Shown here piece by piece: positions 42,501 to 48,628 of a DNA stretch of 48,628 nt (the stretch's first letter is position 1; the number at the start of each line of letters is the position of its first letter). The position numbers and the translations under genes are program-made. A model generated the notes under the pieces. It saw only the letters and a program-made list of their open reading frames with translations, was not told the origin of the DNA and ran no database searches. Origin of the DNA: Acholeplasmataceae bacterium (GTDB taxonomy: Bacteria; Bacillota_I; Bacilli_A; Acholeplasmatales; Acholeplasmataceae); contig JAYOFY010000001.1 of NCBI GenBank assembly GCA_038117465.1, positions 9,384 through 58,011 on the forward strand. Direction: 5' to 3'.

Positions 42501-43149
42501 AGGTAATTTCCCAAATACCAAAATACCATTCTGTTGTTCCTGAAACATCATATACTTTTCCAACTTCTAAAGATGATACATCACCACCATACATTTGGAT
42601 AATACCTGAACCGTCATATGCAAACGCTGAATCAGATCCTTTACCAACAATGGTTAAGTTTTCAAGTGATACTTGATATGTACCATCATATGCCACATCA
42701 TTTAACGCAAGTACGTCTGCGATGTTTTCAATTGTGACTTCTTCAACTTCACTTGCTTTAACAGTAAGCTCAACATCCCATGAAAGCGTAAGTTCTTGGG
42801 TTGCATCGAGTTCTGATGCGATCGTAAGCGTTGCTGTTAGTGTAACTTCTGCATCCGGTTCACCAAATGCAGGACGGTTTACAGTCACCACTGCTAAGTT
42901 ATTTGCTGGTTGTCCAACTGTGACAACCCCAGGATTATCTGAAGACCATGTTGCTTCAACACCACCAACAAGTAATGTGGGTACGGTAAAGTTACCGGTG
43001 ATGTTTGAAGGGTCTGAAATTAATCCATTTAAAGTATCATACGCACCTTGGAGTGTTGCTTGTGCTGGATCTACCGTTTCGGTATCTTCACACGCAACTA
43101 AACCAAATACGAGTGCAAATGATGCTACTAATAAAAGTAATTTTTTCAT
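39526..43149 (-). CDS. Large surface lipoprotein: two Ig-like segments, three tandem OB-fold-like repeats, C-terminal LTD-like domain
   Basis: 1207 aa. Signal peptide with lipobox FGLVAC. Ig-like strings (TVPTLLVGGVEATWSSDNPGVVTV...VTLTATL; LTLPTTGTNGTTIAWTSDNEAVINP...VELTATV). Repeats at residues 455-1037. C-terminal NNKAIELYNPTDAALDLTGYMVHIYSNGS. GGGAGA RBS. Confidence 0.85.
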   Translation of the reverse strand: MKKLLLLVASFALVFGLVACEDTETVDPAQATLQGAYDTLNGLISDPSNITGNFTVPTLLVGGVEATWSSDNPGVVTVGQPANNLAVVTVNRPAFGEPDAEVTLTATLTIASELDATQELTLSWDVELTVKASEVEEVTIENIADVLALNDVAYDGTYQVSLENLTIVGKGSDSAFAYDGSGIIQMYGGDVSSLEVGKVYDVSGTTEWYFGIWEITSWTAEEDTTATPEMPTKETITDIAAYVNGLLDAEEDQYAYGDASSGAFETVYATVTGRVYVIPGDTSNYNTYLMPTNYDTTQTWVPGTTDDPTVGLMLYYNTFNMAEIKAYDGKVITIDILIYTFRSNNKAFAFYYVGGADGIVASLSDEEAIEVDSNALSVPFNILEDTTLTLPTTGTNGTTIAWTSDNEAVINPTTGAVTVPTDGQVTVELTATVSLGSATAVVKTFTVKVGVSPVVSISEALLIADGELAVVQGYVTMNVDGSNFLLQDETGALDLYMPGDSDEKTAILAALASGELVEVVGERGAFRGLEQLSNITSVSVVPEPEIEFPVIVDVTELSELEGLVAQLVRFRNLEVVSIAYDSYGNLDITATMGSETVEIRWDSRTGDPAGFPTELEAGDIINVVAGVYYSNSPRLRIDSADDVSVPPMTIANALLEAADTVVTVEGYITMNVDGNNFFIQDGTGAIDIYAGGGASPTKDALLRAYHGRYAVQITAERGAYNGLEQLSSISAIELLDSIGTPFPMPTVVTSVADLSDYIAQQIRLEGLVYVSQATDSYGNVDFEFTLGSETVDIRWDSRTGDPVGFPLTLEVGDVVDAVVGVYWSNGARLRVDAEGDFTVPLMTISAALSEAADTIVTVRGFVTMNIDGNNFLLQDDTGAVDIYLGSGASAEKDAILAAYLGGYAIEIQAKRGAYNGLEQVSNVAFVNIISVPGFDFPTPVDVTAMDVTDLSAYTAQLVEFKELEVVSIAYDNYGNLDIEVTNGTATFFIRWDSRTGDPVGLPTELEAGDIINVVAGAYWSNSLRLRIASADAIEKVVISNSTPDLFISEYVEGSSNNKAIELYNPTDAALDLTGYMVHIYSNGSPTASKSFDLTGITLGAGETFVIVTDTFEGTGTYDEVQAYADGDAVVFFNGDDALAITKNGEIIDVFGIIGEDPGSNWSVGDGFTNEYTLVRKPGVTSGSTVWDPTEWIVYPQNTFDNLGSHTV
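40039..40626 (-). repeat. Intragenic tandem repeat copy 3 (residues 842-1037)
   Basis: 196 aa beginning MTISAALSEAADTIVTVRGFVTMNIDGNNFLLQDDTGAVDIY and containing IRWDSRTGDPVGLPTELEAGDIINVVAG. Confidence 0.9.
40627..41208 (-). repeat. Intragenic tandem repeat copy 2 (residues 648-841)
   Basis: 194 aa beginning MTIANALLEAADTVVTVEGYITMNVDGNNFFIQDGTGAIDIY and containing IRWDSRTGDPVGFPLTLEVGDVVDAVVG. Confidence 0.9.
41209..41787 (-). repeat. Intragenic tandem repeat copy 1 (residues 455-647)
   Basis: 193 aa beginning VSISEALLIADGELAVVQGYVTMNVDGSNFLLQDETGALDLY and containing IRWDSRTGDPAGFPTELEAGDIINVVAG. Confidence 0.9.
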
Positions 43150-43174
43150 TCATTTCTCCCTTTTTCTTTTTTTA

Positions 43175-44614
43175 TTAATTCGTTATAAAATCGAATGATT
43201 CTTGATATTGTTGATCAATATAAGCATCTAAATCTTCATCATTGAGTGCATCATACGCTAAAATCTTAACGAGCAGTGCACCAACTTCTGAACGTGTTTT
43301 AGAGCTTTGATTAAATACTGCTGATGTAAAGAAAATATCTTCATTTTCTAAGAAAATTTCAATCGCTTCTTTGACAAGTTTTGCAACCGCTTCATCTATA
43401 GTTGTTGGATTTTCTTTAATACCAGCAACATAGTTTGTCCATAGTTCTGTTTCATATGCTGAATAGCGAATCGGTGCATATCCTGAAGGAATACTAAATT
43501 CAGCTGTTTTTTCTGGTTGTAACATGAACTTGGCAAATAACCATGCAGCAATCATGCGTTGTTCATCATTAGATTTGAATAAATTAATGTTTGGTCCTTG
43601 TTGAATTTGGAAACGTGATTCTGCTGTAAATCCAGGAAGTGGTGCAACGCCTACACGATATCCTGCATCAAATACATCTTGAGGCATACCGACATATGCA
43701 TAACGGGTACCACCTGTAGAGCCGACATACATATATGTTTTAGGGTTCGCAACTTTCATAGAGTCTGAATTATATGCATCACCATTAAGTGCACGTGTAA
43801 TCATGAGTCCTTTATCTACTTTATCTTTAAAGTAACGGACCATATCTTTCGATAAATCATTGTTGAATTGAACTTCTCCGCGTCCAGTTTCAGCATTGTA
43901 TCCTGTATAAGGAGCGTTAAATTGCTTAGATCCCGTTATAAAAAGGTTATCTTCTGAATCATAGCCAAACGGAAATGATTCTGGTTCTCTAGCTTTAATA
44001 TCTTCAGCAATTGCAAACACTTCATCCCAAGTTGTAGGCACTTCATAGTTGTGTTCTTCAAAGTATGTTTCATTGTAGAAGAATGCTTCTGAAGATTTTG
44101 TAAACGGTAACGATAGAATCGTGCCTTCATTATCATAACTTTGACCTTCGGCCCATAGTCCAGGTAAGAAATCGGCAATTTCTTCTTCTGTAAACCCAAT
44201 ATTAGGGTTATTGATAAAGTTATTGAGTGCAAGCGGTGCTTTTGCAGCAGCATATCTTGCAATATGATCTGGATAACTTTCAGCAATATCTGGTTGGTTT
44301 CCTGCTGGAATTGCAAGCGCAATCTTATCAGACAACGCTGTATAGTCACCTGCCGCTTTTTCTTCAATCACTGTAATATTTGGGTAGATTGTTTCAAATT
44401 CTTCAATCCAACCTTGAACAAGTGCTTGAGATTGTGCACCCATTCGGTGCCAAAATGTGATCGTGATGTTTTGTGTTGTATCAAGATCAGCATCTTCAGA
44501 TAACTCATACCACTCTACTAAACGCGCAGCTTCAGTACCTGTACGTTCACCACCACATGCAGCAAGCGACACTGCCGCAGTGAGTGCTAAAAATAATAAA
44601 AATATTTTTTTCAT
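43175..44614 (-). CDS. ABC transporter solute-binding lipoprotein (sugar/CUT1-type by size and context)
   Basis: 479 aa with signal peptide and lipobox VSLAACGG. Directly downstream of two MalFG-type permeases. Confidence 0.8.
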   Translation of the reverse strand: MKKIFLLFLALTAAVSLAACGGERTGTEAARLVEWYELSEDADLDTTQNITITFWHRMGAQSQALVQGWIEEFETIYPNITVIEEKAAGDYTALSDKIALAIPAGNQPDIAESYPDHIARYAAAKAPLALNNFINNPNIGFTEEEIADFLPGLWAEGQSYDNEGTILSLPFTKSSEAFFYNETYFEEHNYEVPTTWDEVFAIAEDIKAREPESFPFGYDSEDNLFITGSKQFNAPYTGYNAETGRGEVQFNNDLSKDMVRYFKDKVDKGLMITRALNGDAYNSDSMKVANPKTYMYVGSTGGTRYAYVGMPQDVFDAGYRVGVAPLPGFTAESRFQIQQGPNINLFKSNDEQRMIAAWLFAKFMLQPEKTAEFSIPSGYAPIRYSAYETELWTNYVAGIKENPTTIDEAVAKLVKEAIEIFLENEDIFFTSAVFNQSSKTRSEVGALLVKILAYDALNDEDLDAYIDQQYQESFDFITN

Positions 44615-44639
44615 TCCCTTTCTCCTTTTAATTTAAATA

Positions 44640-45581
44640 TTATCCTTTTACACCACTTCTAGAAATTCCAGACATGATGTATTTTCTAAAAAAGATAAAC
44701 ATAAGTAATAATGGCACAGTCACAATCACAGTTGCTGCCATTTGATAGTTGATCAAGACTCTACCAACACCGGTAGCATTTTGATCAGTAAATGATGATC
44801 TAAGCCATGTTGTTACAAGTTTATATTTTTCGTTTGCAACAATATCTGGCCAGATATAGGCATTCCAGGCACCCATAAGTTTTAATATCACGATGGTAAT
44901 GATAGAGCTTTTCGCCATTGGAACCATAACGGTTCTCAAGTACTTAAAGTCTTTACATCCATCTACTTTGGCTGCATAATAAAGTTCATTAGGAATTTGT
45001 TTAAATGTTTGTCTTAATAAATAAATATGAAAAATAGAAATAAAGAACGGGATGATCATCGCCAAATAAGATCCAACACCGTCATCATTGACCCATCCCA
45101 ATCTAGATACGGTAATATAATTAGAAATAATCAACATTTCGCCCGGAATCATCATCGTTGCAAGCAATATCGTAAAAATGAGTTCTCTTCCTTTAAAGTT
45201 GAGTCTTGCAAGTGCAAAAGCAACCAATATTGAGAAAAATGTTCCACCAACAGTTGAAAAAACGGCAACAACTAGTGTATTCGTTAAGTATCTTGTAAAT
45301 GTGATACCACCTTGTTGTGCTGAAGAATATAAGAATGTGGATACATAGTTTTGTGGGCTAAATTGTTTTGGAAACAAACTTGTATTCAACGAGTTAAGAA
45401 CTTCGTTACTGGATTGAAAAGAAACATTAAGCATCCAGTAAAATGGCACAATAACAACAAATGCCATAACAAATAAGAAAAAATATGTCATCGATTTGTT
45501 GACAACAAATAGTGCGCGTTGTTCTTTTAATTTTCTGTTTTCACGGTAATGACCGTTTGGATTCATGTACTGTATCATCAT
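44640..45581 (-). CDS. ABC transporter permease (MalG/UgpE-like)
   Basis: Multi-TM with EAA-like loop LYYAAKVDGCKDFKYLRTVMVPM. Start placed at ATG 45581 or 45578 (MMIQYMNPNG), just after AAGGAG. The track start 45617 overlaps the upstream gene. Confidence 0.85.
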   Translation of the reverse strand: MMIQYMNPNGHYRENRKLKEQRALFVVNKSMTYFFLFVMAFVVIVPFYWMLNVSFQSSNEVLNSLNTSLFPKQFSPQNYVSTFLYSSAQQGGITFTRYLTNTLVVAVFSTVGGTFFSILVAFALARLNFKGRELIFTILLATMMIPGEMLIISNYITVSRLGWVNDDGVGSYLAMIIPFFISIFHIYLLRQTFKQIPNELYYAAKVDGCKDFKYLRTVMVPMAKSSIITIVILKLMGAWNAYIWPDIVANEKYKLVTTWLRSSFTDQNATGVGRVLINYQMAATVIVTVPLLLMFIFFRKYIMSGISRSGVKG

Positions 45582-45588
45582 AATCTCC

Positions 45589-46515
45589 TTAGTAGTGAAC
45601 CCGTTTTTTAGATACATTTAAATTAATAAATGTGAAGATAAGAATAATGATAAATAGAATCACTGCAGAAGCAGCACCTCTTGAATAATACGATATAAAG
45701 TTACCATCCAACCCTACGTTCCCAATTTTGTCGTACACGTAGGCAACAGCGGTCCAACGGTTTCTATCTAATAATCTTCCTGTTGTTCCTGCAACTGCAA
45801 GTACACTCTCGTATGCTTTAAAAGCACCAATAAACGATGTAATTAAAATATAACTTATGAGTGGAGATAGTAGTGGAATGGTGATGTGTCTTAAAATTCT
45901 TCTTTTTGGTGTGGAATCAATTTTTGCTGCATCATAATATTGTTTTGATATATTTTGAAGACCGCCTATAAATACTAAAATTTTAAATGGTAACCCGTTC
46001 CATATCGAATAAATTAGAACAACAAACATCCAACTAGAACGTTCTGCAGTCACACCTACCCAGTCTCTACTGATGCCAAAGAGTGTATTAATTAACCCTT
46101 CTGCCATTAATCCTTCTGTAAGCGGGTGAGAAAACATAACGCTAAAAACCATCCCAATGGCAAGGCCGTTTGTTACATAGGGTAAAAAGAAAATGGTTTG
46201 AAATATTTTTTGAAGTGGTTTGATCGAATTCAACGCTACTGCAATTAATAACGCTAACCCAGTTGATATTGGTACAGAAATAAATACTAAAATCATCGTG
46301 TTACCGATAGCGGTAATAAAATACGGATCATTAAAAATTGCGCCATATGCGGCTAAGTCTAAATACGACCCGAATGTATCGGTCATAGGGTTATATTGAG
46401 AAAAGATTGAAATTAAAATCGTTTTTACTAGCGGATAAAAGGTAAATATCGTTAGTAAAAGTAACGGAAACGCAAGATAAAACCACGCTTTCCTGTCAAT
46501 TTTGTTTTCTAACAT
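45589..46515 (-). CDS. ABC transporter permease (MalF/UgpA-like)
   Basis: 308 aa, multi-TM, with EAA-like loop YYDAAKIDSTPKRRILRHITIPLL. TAATG overlap with the ATPase gene. Confidence 0.87.
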   Translation of the reverse strand: MLENKIDRKAWFYLAFPLLLLTIFTFYPLVKTILISIFSQYNPMTDTFGSYLDLAAYGAIFNDPYFITAIGNTMILVFISVPISTGLALLIAVALNSIKPLQKIFQTIFFLPYVTNGLAIGMVFSVMFSHPLTEGLMAEGLINTLFGISRDWVGVTAERSSWMFVVLIYSIWNGLPFKILVFIGGLQNISKQYYDAAKIDSTPKRRILRHITIPLLSPLISYILITSFIGAFKAYESVLAVAGTTGRLLDRNRWTAVAYVYDKIGNVGLDGNFISYYSRGAASAVILFIIILIFTFINLNVSKKRVHY

Positions 46516-48062
46516 TAAGCAATTCTCCTACCTTCTGCTTCATCAAACACGAAAGTTTTGTTTTCTTTTAATTTAAAAGATACCTTTCCTTTTAAATCTT
46601 TTACATTCACATCATCATTTAATATGATTCTAAATGTTGGTGCAGTAGATGCTTTGTGTGAAGACACAAGTGCAAAATCACGACCGATGGTTTCAACAAA
46701 TTGTGCATCAACCGTTAGAGGGCCGTTTTTATCTAAAATATACCCTTCTGGTCTCACACCAAGAATGACATTTGTATCTTTTTCTTTCGCAAGTTTAGAA
46801 GATTCAAATACAACTTGATCATCAATGAGCACTTGTCCTTTTTTAAGTTTTGCTTGGTAAAGGCCAATAGGCGGCGTTCCTAAGAATTTAGCTGAAAATA
46901 AATTAGCTGGTTGGTCATAAACTGCTTGAGGTTGACCTTTTTGTTGTTCTTCACCAAAATTCATAAGCACAATCTCATCTGAAATTGACATTGCCTCTTC
47001 TTGATCGTGTGTAACAAAAATCGTAGTAATGCCCGTCTCTCTTTGAATACGTTTGATTTCTTCTCTTGTTTGTAGTCGCAAACGCGCATCTAAATTAGAT
47101 AGTGGTTCGTCTAAAAGCAACACTTGTGGTTTTTTCACAAGCGCTCTTGCAATTGCAACACGTTGTTGTTGTCCACCAGAAAGTTGTGCTGGTTTTTTAT
47201 CAAGTTGATCTTCAATCCCAACAAGTTGCGCCATTTCTAGCATACTTGCTTCCATTTGTGCTTTATAATTTGTTTTTTTCGCTTTTAAAACCCCTGCTAC
47301 ACTTTCGGGAGCAACTGCATTAGGGTTCGTTTTTAACGATTCTTTATATACTTTTTCTTTTTCTAAATATGTCTTTTTTAAGTTAGAAAAGAGTGTTTTA
47401 ACATCTTCTTGAACAATTTCTGAACGTTCTTTTTCATATTGGTCAGAAAGTTCTTCGCGTTTGTTTTTCAGTTCTAATTTAAGTGCGTTTATTTTTTCTT
47501 TATTCGCATCCTTTAGTGTTTTATCTTGCTTATATTCTACTTTTAAACTTTGAATGGCATTATTAATCTCATTGGATGCATCGTTGTCTAATCGTTTATA
47601 TTTGTTTTGAAGACTTTCTAGTGCGTCTACAAAATCAAAGTAGCGCTTTGCCTCTTCAGGAGATTCAATGAAAAACGCTTCTCTGTAAGCTTTTTCAATA
47701 GACACTTTTCTTAAATTCATATTTTCTAAAGGAAACAGAATGTTTTTTCTTACGGTCATATGTGGATACAATGCGTAGTTTTGAAACACAAGACCAATGC
47801 CTCTTTTTTCAGCATCAAGCTCTGTCACTTCAGTTTCACCGAAAAAGATCTTACCTTTTGTAGGTGCTAATAATCCTGCAATCATGTAAAGTGTTGTTGA
47901 TTTTCCACAACCAGAAGGACCTAGAAGTCCAACAAGTTTTCCTGATGGGATTTCAACGTCAAAATCATAGACCGCATGTGTAATTTTACCTGTTTTTTTA
48001 TCAACAAAATCTTTGTGTAGGTTTTCTAATTTAATCGATAAACTTTTATGTGTTGTTTGCAT
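46515..48062 (-). CDS. ABC transporter ATP-binding protein (MalK/UgpC-like) with large internal coiled-coil insertion
   Basis: 515 aa with Walker [11 protein letters not shown]-loop [14 protein letters not shown], signature [15 protein letters not shown] and Walker [12 protein letters not shown]. Has a C-terminal MalK-type regulatory domain. ~145 extra K/E-rich residues lie between the Q-loop region and the signature. GGAG RBS. Confidence 0.92.
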   Translation of the reverse strand: MQTTHKSLSIKLENLHKDFVDKKTGKITHAVYDFDVEIPSGKLVGLLGPSGCGKSTTLYMIAGLLAPTKGKIFFGETEVTELDAEKRGIGLVFQNYALYPHMTVRKNILFPLENMNLRKVSIEKAYREAFFIESPEEAKRYFDFVDALESLQNKYKRLDNDASNEINNAIQSLKVEYKQDKTLKDANKEKINALKLELKNKREELSDQYEKERSEIVQEDVKTLFSNLKKTYLEKEKVYKESLKTNPNAVAPESVAGVLKAKKTNYKAQMEASMLEMAQLVGIEDQLDKKPAQLSGGQQQRVAIARALVKKPQVLLLDEPLSNLDARLRLQTREEIKRIQRETGITTIFVTHDQEEAMSISDEIVLMNFGEEQQKGQPQAVYDQPANLFSAKFLGTPPIGLYQAKLKKGQVLIDDQVVFESSKLAKEKDTNVILGVRPEGYILDKNGPLTVDAQFVETIGRDFALVSSHKASTAPTFRIILNDDVNVKDLKGKVSFKLKENKTFVFDEAEGRRIA

Positions 48063-48081
48063 GTTTTATCTCCATTTTTTT

Positions 48082-48120
48082 AAAAAAATAAAGAGCACTT
48101 AACATTTTGTTATGCGCTCT
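48082..48120 (-). terminator. Terminator-like hairpin + U tract immediately upstream of the ABC ATPase RBS
   Basis: The minus strand reads AGAGCGC...GTGCTCT (7 bp including one G-U) extended by 4 inner bp, followed by TTATTTTTTT. The GGAG RBS lies 10 nt further on. Confidence 0.45.
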
Positions 48121-48228
48121 AAAAAATATTTAAATCAATTTAATATTAAAAAATTGCCAAGTAGTTTTCGTTGTTGAAGTTTTTTTAAAATTGTACACAC
48201 TTTTCAATTTAAAATTCCTCGCAACTCC

Positions 48229-48256
48229 ATTATATATCAAATCAAACTTTAATCAA
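48229..48256 (-). promoter_or_regulatory. Candidate promoter of the ABC/lipoprotein cluster TTGATT-16 nt-TATAAT
   Basis: Minus strand: TTGATT (48251-48256), 16-nt spacer, TATAAT (48229-48234). This implies a ~160-nt leader. Confidence 0.5.
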
Positions 48257-48288
48257 AAGAAATTCTTAATTTTTTTGTAAATTTTACG

Positions 48289-48628
48289 TTAAAATTCGCA
48301 GTTGTTGGGTGTTCTAGGAAACGGCAAAACATCTCGTATATTTTCAACACCTGTGAGATACATAATAAGTCTTTCAAATCCCATACCAAATCCACTGTGA
48401 ATGGTACCGCCATACTTTCTTAAATCTAAGTACCAATCAAAGGCCTCAAGTGGTACATGCATATCTTTCATGCGCTTCTCTAAGTAGTCTAATCTTTCTT
48501 CTCTTTGTGAACCACCAATGAGTTCACCACTACCAGGAACAAGAAGATCCATTGCTGCCACAGTTTCTTTGTCATCATTTAATCTCATATAAAACGCTTT
48601 AATATCTTTTGGCCAATCTGTTATAAAC
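48289..48628 (-). CDS. asnS: Asparaginyl-tRNA synthetase, C-terminal ~112 codons; 5' end beyond the window
   Basis: The frame is open to the window edge ([19 protein letters not shown]...). Also has GGSQREER and [15 protein letters not shown], with C-terminal [11 protein letters not shown]. Confidence 0.9.
   Translation of the reverse strand, partial: FITDWPKDIKAFYMRLNDDKETVAAMDLLVPGSGELIGGSQREERLDYLEKRMKDMHVPLEAFDWYLDLRKYGGTIHSGFGMGFERLIMYLTGVENIRDVLPFPRTPNNCEF

Noticed and set aside
39548-43198. Series of + strand ORFs (64-158 aa) with repeated strings such as GNPTGSPVLESQR
   Set aside because: They are antisense shadows of the 1207-aa lipoprotein gene. Their repetition simply mirrors the three coding repeats. 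They have no RBS, and their Ser/Thr/Pro-rich composition is typical of antisense frames.
43936-44367. 143-aa minus-strand ORF within the solute-binding protein gene
   Set aside because: It is an alternative frame of a well-supported lipoprotein gene, with K/L/Q-rich shadow composition.
48121-48165. AT-rich near-palindrome (aatatttaaatcaatttaatatt) in the asnS/ABC spacer
   Set aside because: It is imperfect and made almost entirely of A/T, so it is indistinguishable from low-complexity background.

Overview
This is an AT-rich bacterial chromosomal segment with Firmicutes/Mollicutes-type gene content (rpoE delta subunit, tilS-hpt-ftsH, recR-ybaB-dnaX, tsaE-tsaB-rimI-tsaD, cdaA). The standard code applies: TGA terminates ligA, cdaA and tsaE, and Trp is TGG. 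Several products carry Cys-lipobox signal peptides and no cell-wall genes are in view. My best guess is an Acholeplasma-like wall-less Firmicute, but that is inference and not verified. I call 47 protein-coding loci (7 on +, 40 on -), tightly packed with many 1-20 nt overlaps. I saw no rRNA, tRNA, CRISPR array, transposase or integrase. Most of the window is housekeeping, and three things stand out. (1) A 10.7-kb minus-strand cluster (37.4-48.1 kb) joins a sugar-type ABC importer, whose ATPase carries a ~145-aa coiled-coil insertion, to surface proteins built from DNA-handling modules. These are a 1207-aa lipoprotein with three tandem ~195-aa OB-fold-like repeats plus a lamin-tail-like domain (LTD), a 283-aa bitopic membrane protein, and an LTD + staphylococcal-nuclease lipoprotein. 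Together they are a candidate surface DNA capture/degradation/uptake system. (2) In the cdaA (c-di-AMP cyclase) operon the usual cdaR partner is replaced by a 49-aa membrane peptide and a 3TM-PAS-PAS-degenerate-GGDEF protein. A perfect 14-bp inverted repeat brackets the cdaA promoter. (3) Three reading frames are disrupted in the first 17 kb: glnS (in-frame TAG plus frameshift), the pcrA C-terminal tail, and 5-formyl-THF cyclo-ligase (at an A7 run). These are either genuine decay or assembly errors. All product names come from motif recognition by eye; no database search or computation beyond manual translation was possible.
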